Below are positions 1 to 8,438 of a stretch of DNA of 64,000 nucleotides, in pieces. The position numbers were made by a program, and so were the translations under genes. Source of the stretch: Epithemia pelagica. Lineage: Eukaryota > Protista > Bacillariophyta. Below the pieces are notes generated by a model. The model had not been told where the DNA came from and ran no database searches. It worked only from the letters and a program-made list of their open reading frames with translations. Every line of letters begins with the position of its first letter. Positions within the stretch are counted from its first letter, which is position 1. Where the stretch lies: NCBI GenBank assembly GCA_946965045.2, contig OX337237.1:744001-808000 (forward strand). The letters run 5' to 3'.

Positions 1-511
1 GATGGGCTTTGGTATTGGCTGGATTGTCAAATTGTCGCAACAAGTAGCCGGTGCCCTTACAATCGGCCACGACTTGTTCGGCCTTGGCCAGGGCTTCGAC
101 CATGCCAGCCTTTTTGGGCAGAAGGACAACATTGGCACCCAGTGCCAAGAGCATGAGGCGACGTTCCATGGTCACTGATTCCGGCATGACAATGGTACAT
201 TTATAGTCACGTTCGCGTGCCAACATGGCAATGGAGATGCCCGTATTACCCGACGTGGCTTCCACCAAAGTCGTTTCACCTCGTATAATCAATCCCTTGG
301 CTTCGGCATCGTCCAACATGGTACGAGCAATCCGATCCTTGACCGAATTACAGGCATTGAAGGCCTCCAATTTGCCCTAGAATTTGCACCCATCGGCGAG
401 TTTTTCGTCGGAAAAGACGCGATTGCCCAAATCCAACAAGGGCGTTTTGCCAATCAAGTCGGAGGGACAAGAGGCCACATTCAAGGATGTACCGGATTCT
501 CCATTCATCAT
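1..511 (-). pseudogene. cysK: Cysteine synthase (O-acetylserine thiol-lyase) paralog CysK2, copy a; 5' half only in window; premature TAG at 377-379
   Basis: Nearly identical to 29448-29958, which encodes CNSVKDR...TSGNT. Here TTC TAT GGC (F-Y-G) reads TTC TAG GGC, an in-frame stop before the PLP lysine. Confidence 0.85.
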
Positions 512-579
512 TTTAATAGCTGCTGTGTCGGTGGTCGTAGATTTGGTTTCGAATTTCTGATCGGATCAGATTATGAGAG

Positions 580-597
580 GAGCACCCCTAGCATAAA
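580..597 (+). repeat. Partial TIR-like motif matching the right end of element B
   Basis: GAGCACCCCTAGCATAAA matches the reverse complement of 13089-13106 (GAGCACCCCTAGTATATA) at 16/18. The terminal CAATAC is absent. Confidence 0.5.
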
Positions 598-952
598 AAA
601 TTCTGCCTAAAAGTGTCTCAATACCAACACCCCTGGCCTCAAAATTTCTTCCATATCGCCAGCCCGCACACCAAAAGACTGGCCGACTACTAATTTGCTC
701 GCCCGGCGTCCTTAAATAGAACATTTTTGGTTCCCACTACCACAACTCATTTCATTAGTAAAATGTCGTACCGGTATCATCATTTTCTCATGCGGTTATC
801 GTATCATCTTACGTATCATTGAGCTCCATCCAAGATGGCTCGGCATCGCATTGCAATCAACAATCAACAACAAGACACCCCATGTTCATTCCATCCCAGC
901 ACCATCGTTGTCTCACAACTAGGAACAAAGCAGTCTCTCCTTCTCCTACATC

Positions 953-2554
953 ATGTCGTCGGATTATGAGAATTCCGTTTCAGTGAATCAAATTCCTTTC
1001 TTTGATTGGACGTCACAAGATACCCTACGAATGGGCTCGTTTATTGCGATCCAATTGAAAAACCAGGATCCAAAGACGGTGACCATCGCTCGACTCGAAC
1101 AGCGACAACGCGAAGAAGATTCTCTCGATCCGGATGAACCTGTTGTCACCCACATCCGTCTACGCCTCTTCCCTCCGCTGTTTCCCACCAAGCCTATCGA
1201 TTGTCACCCGCGTATTCCATCTCATTCTATTCCCAAGATCCTCCATGGCTGCGGTTCCCAAAACGTCGAGCTTTACGAATCAAGGGAATGTGTTTGGATC
1301 AATGGCGAGATCCCCGATGACGAAGTCAAAATTCTCTTCCCCGCTTTTGTGTTTTCATTTGAGGAACTTGAGAAATCCGAAAACGGATGGGCCCACGGCA
1401 TCCATAATGTTTACTTTGCCCATTTCTGGCACAACAAGATCTACTCCTACACGGTGCGCGCAGAGAATCGTCTTGACCCTATCCCCAAAGGCACTGTTCT
1501 TGGGTTCATGAACAAGCACCCACTGTACAAACAGCCATCCAACCTAATCATTGCCCGCCGTTGTCAACACCATGCCATATGGGTTGGACTGTTTAGTATC
1601 CAGAAAGCAATCATCAAGATGTTGAATAAACGTGGCATGTCCAGTTCGAGCCGAGAAATTATTTCTCTTAATGTTGGATGCATCCCCTTGGAATGCATCC
1701 AATACATTTACTCCCTATCGAAGTTTGTGTCTCCCATCGACTGCCACCCAGTGACCCTTCGCGACTCCTTTCTTCATGTTGACTCGTCTCTCACTCGTCG
1801 CAAGCTTTCCATGTCCTTTGATGCCGGTGTTCTCCGTTTCAAGTCTATTTCAGACCTCAAGTTACTCCGGTCCATATTTGGACCAAGCTCGACGTATGGC
1901 TCTTCAGAGAAACGTCCTAATCTTTCGGACGGTAGCACTGGGACGACTCTTAAGCGAGGACATCATCTGTCTGTGATCTCCGGCCATGTCAACGACGATG
2001 CCAAAGACGAAAAGTTCAAGCGACGCTCGAAGGAACAGCGCGTGGACTTCTGTTTCTCGCCATTCAATGTACGTGTCACCGTTGGATACGAGAGATACGT
2101 ATACTCGCTCCGTGCATGTGGTTCTCTTCGACGCCCCTCACATTGCCCAACACTCAATACCATTCTCCGTGGCCAATCTACACAGACCTGTTCGGACACT
2201 CTCCAACCGATCAAACCAAGCTCTCCCACAACAGACCCATCTTCCGAAACGGGTACAGATTCCCATGACAACCTCGACGAATCAGAAGAAGCTGAAGAAT
2301 CTCCGTCAGATGAGTGCAACCCTCCTGTTCTACATCCTCCTGCTCTACAGAACATACAACTTGGTGATCAGTTTCTTGATGGTCAAACTGTTTACGAAGT
2401 AGTGACTGTCAACAAGACAGCTTCGAATCCTGTTTGTACTTGCCGTACTGTTGCCGGAAAGCACTACGATAAGCATCGTCCTGCTGAAGAACAGGACACT
2501 ATGGAACGAAAGGACATTGTCCAGTTGTTGATCGATATCCATGACTTTGCCTAA
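953..2554 (+). CDS. Transposon A partner protein, 533 aa, unknown function (N-terminal BAH-like segment suspected)
   Basis: Long ORF inside the TIRs, ending 50 bp from the transposase stop. Its C-terminus (MERKDIVQLLIDIHDFA) is homologous to the remnant in element B (LERDDMADLLHDIHEFA). Confidence 0.8.
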   Translation: MSSDYENSVSVNQIPFFDWTSQDTLRMGSFIAIQLKNQDPKTVTIARLEQRQREEDSLDPDEPVVTHIRLRLFPPLFPTKPIDCHPRIPSHSIPKILHGCGSQNVELYESRECVWINGEIPDDEVKILFPAFVFSFEELEKSENGWAHGIHNVYFAHFWHNKIYSYTVRAENRLDPIPKGTVLGFMNKHPLYKQPSNLIIARRCQHHAIWVGLFSIQKAIIKMLNKRGMSSSSREIISLNVGCIPLECIQYIYSLSKFVSPIDCHPVTLRDSFLHVDSSLTRRKLSMSFDAGVLRFKSISDLKLLRSIFGPSSTYGSSEKRPNLSDGSTGTTLKRGHHLSVISGHVNDDAKDEKFKRRSKEQRVDFCFSPFNVRVTVGYERYVYSLRACGSLRRPSHCPTLNTILRGQSTQTCSDTLQPIKPSSPTTDPSSETGTDSHDNLDESEEAEESPSDECNPPVLHPPALQNIQLGDQFLDGQTVYEVVTVNKTASNPVCTCRTVAGKHYDKHRPAEEQDTMERKDIVQLLIDIHDFA

Positions 2555-2603
2555 CCTTACATAATATAATCGCGTACCATACATATTAGTAAGACTTCTC
2601 TAA

Positions 2604-5600
2604 TTATGCTTTCTTAGTGTTAAAGTTCTTCTCCCATCCTGGAACAGGACCGTGAACAATCTCGACGTCATAGTTGTAGTCGTAGTCATCCCCAGCATAC
2701 TTGTCCCAAAGATGGTCGTCATCGAAGACCCATTTCTTTAACTCTTCTAGGTCTTTTGTATCTTCTTCCGTCCATCCTTTGGATTCCCTGGCCCTTCTTT
2801 CCGCTTCGGCATTGACAAATCGCCCAAACTGTACATCGCCCCCGTTATTTTCTACCCAGTTGTTCCATGTATCCATTTCATTGTCCGAAACTTTGGCAAT
2901 AGACTCAAGCATGTCATCGTATCCCCATCCCACCATAAAGATCATCCTGCGTTGGAGCCAGCGTGCCATTGGCTCCAACCTACTGCGACGCCCCTTACCA
3001 CCATGTGTAGCCCCTCCCCGTTGTGTACGATTGAAGTAAAATTGTTTAAAGACACTGTTAAAAGCTTCGTCACGAGACCATCAGGAAAGTTAGTAAACAA
3101 GCAAGACAATCCACTCCGATGCATCCATGTCTGATGATTACTCACCTTCCCAGCCTTGTTGGGCGTGGGCACTAAGATTCTTCCAATGACCAAGGTATTC
3201 CATGATGTGGCCACTACCAATGAGATGACAGTAGTTCGTAATGCCTCGTTCTCCATGTAGTTCTACTCATCTCCAAAAGAAAGCATCCGCCTCTCTTTGG
3301 TAGTCGTTGATCTCTTGGTCTGACAAGTTGGTTTTCTTGTTCACCAGTTGCATTGACTTCCTATAGTGACCCACGCTTTCCTTCCACAGACTCAGTCGTT
3401 CTTCGTCTACCTCGCACAAGTCAATGATCCTCTCCAGCCCCCCAATAACTTTCCGAATACGGACATTGTCCATACAGATAGTTATGAGCTGGTTTGTCTC
3501 CGTATCGAAAGGTACTCTCCACTGTCCTGGAAGATACTCTGTCCCAATCAAGTGCCTGTTTACCGCCTTGTTGATTGATGCGATGAAGTCTATGCATCTC
3601 GTCGATTCACATTCTGCTGTTAGCCACTCTAACTTCTCGTTCTTGGTATTTTCCAACCCGTCCTTGAGTATCATCGTAAGCAATTTTAGGCCCATACGGT
3701 TTTCCATGTGAAGCAAACATGGGACCGTATCCATCATCTGGACCAATGCTGTGGCCTTCTTTGAATCTCGGAATAGGCGAACCACCCTTGTTGCTTGATG
3801 GTAAGTCCATTCTTTCACATGACTTGCTTTCAGTCGTTCTTGACGTTCCTCTAAGGTCCCTCTGATTTCCAAATCTCGTGCCAACAAATCGTTGGTTAGT
3901 AGCTTGGCGTATTCTGTCCGCTTGGCTCGTGTTGCGACGGAAAGATCAAAATGAATACTCAACAGTTCCGACTTTTGTTTCTCCGAAGGAACATGCCTAG
4001 GATCTTCTTCGATCACCATCTTTGACTCTTTCCATATATCCTTCAGCTTTTCCGAAATCCCTGGCATCTCCTTTTCTAGAACCTTGACACTCCCTTCAAG
4101 TTCCGACAAATGAGAATCTGTGCAGATCTTGTGGTGTCGGCAAACCCAACCAGGTTGATTGTGATACCCGAGCTCATGACATATGGTGCATTCAGACACT
4201 GGTTGAGTTGGTAGGTGAAGTTCTCCACTCTTCGCAGCACACTTGGTGCAGGGATACGTCGCTTGGCCAGCCGCACCTCCGCGCCCGAGTAACTTCCATT
4301 TACAAGACATATCGCAATTCGTAGAGATCGTGATCTCTAGAATTCCGAATTTCGTGGGAAGTACTATCTTAGCCCCTTGTTCAATTTCGACCATCATCAT
4401 CCGGAACAGGGAACGCACGAGAGCCTCCGATTCGTGCTGACACACGCAAAGGATCGGAAATACACTATTCCGTGACTGTTTCAGAATGTTACAAACGTCA
4501 TTGAACTTGAGACCGCCTAACACATGGCCAAGATTTTTGGTGAACAACGCACCGTCCAAACTTTGTGACAGGTGAATCGATCGGGTCTTGGCATCACCGT
4601 GGATTAAATGGCCCGCCATCAATATAGCCGCCATCACATCCGCGGCTCGAAAAGTAAATCCTTCTGCTCCCGTTTCGGAATTTCGGAGGATTCTATACGG
4701 TGCAACTATTCGACCAAACCTCTCAACAACAGATGCACAGTCTTGCATGCAAGCACTACTGGGTAAGAGTGTCTGGGCGTAAGCAACACCTTCGGTCTCG
4801 ACATTTCGGAGTAACTCTATCCCCTGAAAATTGAGTGGACCGCCCGCAAGGTCCATGGCACGAAGAATCTTGAATGGATGAAAGACATTCTCCCGCACGT
4901 ATTTGCGGAAGACATTATAGGTGGCACGAAACAACAACCCACCGTGAATCCCTTTGTCGAGTAGCATTCGTCCGATCTCGATAAAAAAGGTCCCCGCGTG
5001 CTTGCTCTCCTTATCCATGCGCTTTACTTTCGATTCAATGAGCTCTCGAATGTAAGTCACAATCTTCTTCCTAGCCGTAGGAGTGTAACAAGATTTCGGA
5101 AGAGCTTCTTTATCTTTGAACTCTTTCAATTTCTTCTTGAGGTGAGAAATCTGAGACGACTTGCGTTTCGATTCCTTTCTTACTCGCTTCAGTTCTTCTT
5201 GTAATTGTCTGATTTTAATTCCTAATTCATTGTTCAGGTCGCATTCCTCAAATTCGGGAAATGGGGGGTCCTCGTCGTCGTCACAACAGGAGGAATCATC
5301 ATCTGGTTCATCTGGTTCATCTTCGAGGTCATCCTTGGCTAGCTCCTCATTTGTGTCGGGAACACGTTCGTTGGCACCGGATGGAACTTGAGGATCACAT
5401 CCATCACCTATTGCAGTAGATCCTGGGGCAGATGCAGCCGTATTGGTATTGTCTCTTGTCGTCGAGCTTGGTGAAGAAGCTTCGTTTGCATTTGGGCTTG
5501 GCGGTGTATCTTGAGTCGAGGGGATGGTAGAAGACTCATTGATGGTTTCTACAGAATTATCTACGTCAAATGAATCTACAGGTAAACGGGAGTCGACACC

Positions 5601-6311
5601 ATCTGGGTCGATATCGTCGTCAGGTTCCTCTCCTTCGGTGCATCTTGCGGAAAAAAGCATGTCTTCAATTGAGTTTTTCAATTTGTTGATTGCCATCTTC
5701 ACTTTCTTGAAACGACCTTTCTTCTTTTTCCTTCGGGGGGCAGCGGTTGGGAGACAAAAGAGCTCTGCATCTGGGGCTTCGGGGACATATCGAGATCTGG
5801 GATCTCGAAATGTCGGCCGAGAAAAGTTCGTATGTTGGGCCCGACATACATAGCGGCCGTTAATGGCTGCGTGGCGATTGATAAATTGCCCGGGACGGTG
5901 ACCTTCTTCCGTGTCTGCCGCATGGCATTGCGAGCAGAAGAAGAAACCAGGATGTTCTTCTTCCCTTGCGCGGCCGTAGACAGAGCAAGGTACGTGTTTC
6001 TTGCCCGATTCAAGAAAGTCCTTCAGGATTTTCGCGATACGCTTACGTTCGACAGTATTGTCTTCACATGTGACTTTGCTTTCTGACCTACGGGCACGGG
6101 TCTTCTTGTTTGGTGACGGTACCAGTTTGATATCCTCGTCAACCTTCTTGTTCATCTCTTCACGAGCGGTTGCCGATGGACCGGTGATTTTTTCTTGTTC
6201 TTCTTCTTTAGATTGCAAGCGCCGTGACTTGCGAATGGCAGGTTGGTCAGCCGTTGCTTTGTTTGTCGCAAGGTCATCTTGGAGGCGTCTCTTGTTGTTT
6301 GATTCTTCCAT
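2604..6311 (-). pseudogene. RAG1/Transib-like DDE transposase A; exons 6311-3146 and 3064-2604; TGA at 3267-3269 in place of Trp
   Basis: Motifs LSQSLDGA, PILCVCQHES, TNCDMS, YPCTKC, PCLLHME. Beyond the TGA the frame continues VELHGERGITNYCHLIGSGH...AQQGWE. Then an 81-bp GT-AG intron (3065-3145, TACTAAC branch point) and exon 2 AFNSVFKQFYFNRTQRGG. Paralog B has TGG at the stop position. Confidence 0.85.
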
Positions 6312-6832
6312 TGCGTCTTCGGAGGTACCTCCCTCAACAACATCGAAAGAGGTGCCTCTTGGATGGAGGAGATAGATGACGATGTTAAGGGAGATTAAAG
6401 ATTGATTAAGATGCGACTAGTCTGTGTTATATATTAATCAGGAATGGTTATTTTTTATGTTCAGAGGTGGGAGCGGCTCGTCCATTGGCAGCACAGAGCA
6501 CAAAATGGGATGAAAATTCCAATGAGAGATGTGGCGGTCATACGGAAATCGCTGTAACTCATTGAATTCTGGGTAGATTTGTTAACGGAAAAAAGGGTCT
6601 AATACTTGAAAAAACAAAGTATCTTGCGTAACAAACCGATAACAAATGTAGCCAGAAATGCGTTCATGGGAAGTGGGTAAAGATGGGCTTTGCGTTGGAA
6701 CCGAAATTTTGGGTCTTATATTTAACAAGATTGATCCCACTAAAATGCCTATAGTGACAGACAGGTTTCTGGTGTGACAGAGGGGAAAAATTGAGGTCGT
6801 CCGGCGCGCACTTATTCCAGGGGTGTTGGTAT

Positions 6833-8225
6833 TGTCATTCGGGTCGCTACGGATTGGGTACGTCATCATGACGTGTAAGGGACTAATGACCAAAGGGAAT
6901 GGAACGGTCATTATCGGTTACCTACTTACTGGTTTTATGCGTTGGATGTTATGGTTAATCCTACTTAGTCTTTCTTTGGAACGGATTCTATCAAGTAGAA
7001 TAAGACAGTTTATCAGACCCACCGTCTGGTAAAGGAGAACGAAGAATGGCTACATCGACACGATTGAATACGAAAACTGCAACTGCAAGTGGAAGGAGCG
7101 GAAGCGGAAGCGGAAGCGGAAGTGGAGGCGGAAGCGGAAATGGGAACCCCGGGGCCACGGGGAATGGGGAAGGAGATCGTACTTCACGCCATGGCGCGAG
7201 TATGGGAACGGGAGCGGGAGGGAGTGACCCGCCAGGAGGTGTACCTGGAACGAGAGGAGGAACCGCAGCAGGGACAGCTGCAGGAGCGGCCCCGGGAGTG
7301 GCTGGCGCAGGAAGCGCCGGAACGGGAGGTGCCGGCGGTGGCGCCGGTGCAGGAGGTGGTGCGCCGGGAGCAGGAGGAGGCGGACATGGTGGCGGTGCCG
7401 CAGGAGGCGGAGGCGGCGGCGGTGCTGCAGGAGGAGGTGCAGGAGGAGGTGCAGGCAGCGGCGCTGGAGGCGGAGGAGGAGGAGCAGGCGGTGGTGGCGC
7501 TGGAGGAGGAGGAGGAGGTGGAATACCTCCAGGCGTTCCAGCACCACCACCACCCCTCTCTGCTGTGGGAATGGCACTTAGTGTATGTGGCGCGAATCCT
7601 TTCGAAATATACGCCCTAGAACATACGGAACGCTTTAACACCCTAGAGTCATATGGAAGAATGACATCGGATGACGTGACCCAACTGGTGTCGAGGCTGG
7701 AAAAGCGCCCGTACCCGCACAACGTGGCAATTCCTTCAAGCGTCGTAAAGAACATTCAAGGAATGTGCTTCTGGTCAGCCAGAGCGCGTCGTCAAGGCCG
7801 TCCGCTTAACTACGGAGACTTCACAACCGCTGTCCTAGCTGAATCCCTGGACGCGATGGAGATCCAGTCGGAGAAATCCTCTGCACCTGATATTAAGCCC
7901 TCTGCCCTCAAGGAAGAAGAATGGGAGGACTGGAGTCAAGAGTTCCCAACGTACCTGTCGCAAATCTATGGAAAACAGAAGGCACCATTGGACTACGTGA
8001 TTCGTCCCGATTTAGCGCCTACCCATGTCTTTGCAAGCACTAGGGAACAAGAGCTCTATAGCTACCCTCTAGGTGGGCCGTACTTCAAAGAGGACAACAA
8101 GGAAGTATTTCGGCTATTGAGTGACCTTGTCAAGGATCAGCCTGCAACGTGGATTCAGCCTTTCCAGGCTTCACAAGATGGTCGACGCGCATGGATGGCA
8201 TTGGTCGATCATTTTGATTGGGGGG
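6833..8225 (+). mobile_element. Truncated copia (CoDi-like) LTR retrotransposon: ~175-bp LTR 6833-7007, putative PBS from 7008, 5' gag
   Basis: TGTC...GACA-bounded segment, then GTTTATCAGACCCACCG, then an ORF with WEDWSQEFPTYLSQIYG..PLDYVIR and DGRRAWMALVDHFD, typical of diatom copia gag. No pol and no 3' LTR. Confidence 0.7.
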
Positions 8226-8353
8226 GAGGACAGAGTGTTTGTCGAGTCATTGGTGGCAAACTGTACGAACCCACAGTCGACAAAGAGAACCAGGAAATCT
8301 TGGAACGTGATGACATGGCGGATCTACTCCATGACATCCACGAATTCGCCTAA
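7046..8353 (+). CDS. Chimeric ORF: Gly-rich copia gag N-terminal part fused in frame to the last ~41 codons of the element-B partner gene
   Basis: Gag motifs stop at a G-run (~8220-8228). The downstream QSVCRVIGGKLYEP...DIHEFA aligns with the C-terminus of 953-2554. Confidence 0.7.
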   Translation: MATSTRLNTKTATASGRSGSGSGSGSGGGSGNGNPGATGNGEGDRTSRHGASMGTGAGGSDPPGGVPGTRGGTAAGTAAGAAPGVAGAGSAGTGGAGGGAGAGGGAPGAGGGGHGGGAAGGGGGGGAAGGGAGGGAGSGAGGGGGGAGGGGAGGGGGGGIPPGVPAPPPPLSAVGMALSVCGANPFEIYALEHTERFNTLESYGRMTSDDVTQLVSRLEKRPYPHNVAIPSSVVKNIQGMCFWSARARRQGRPLNYGDFTTAVLAESLDAMEIQSEKSSAPDIKPSALKEEEWEDWSQEFPTYLSQIYGKQKAPLDYVIRPDLAPTHVFASTREQELYSYPLGGPYFKEDNKEVFRLLSDLVKDQPATWIQPFQASQDGRRAWMALVDHFDWGGGQSVCRVIGGKLYEPTVDKENQEILERDDMADLLHDIHEFA

Positions 8354-8438
8354 GCATCCATGAATTTGCCATAGCATCCATGAATTTGCCAAAGAACTAC
8401 ATACGAGAACAAGAAATCACAAAGCACCACATTCCATA

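Larger units (their letters stand above)
619..6834. mobile_element. Two-gene DNA transposon A (RAG1/Transib-like transposase plus convergent partner gene)
   Basis: Perfect 18-bp TIR CAATACCAACACCCCTGG at 619-636 and its reverse complement at 6817-6834, enclosing exactly two convergent genes. No TSD is visible; the right flank is an LTR. Confidence 0.8.

Noticed and set aside
953-2554. Calling the partner gene RAG2-like
   Set aside because: No kelch repeats (GG...Y...W spacing) and no PHD Cys/His pattern; only the convergent arrangement resembles ProtoRAG.
3267-3269. Alternative genetic code or programmed readthrough to explain stops at Trp (A) and Gln (B) positions
   Set aside because: TGA and TAG act as normal terminators elsewhere in the window; single transitions (TGG to TGA, CAG to TAG) are simpler. 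Not formally excluded without Ribo-seq.
6991-7755. Pro-rich antisense ORF and Glu-rich alternative-frame ORFs (also 36429-37217)
   Set aside because: Shadows of the low-complexity GGA/GGC/GGT Gly tract of gag; one is broken by a stop in copy 2.
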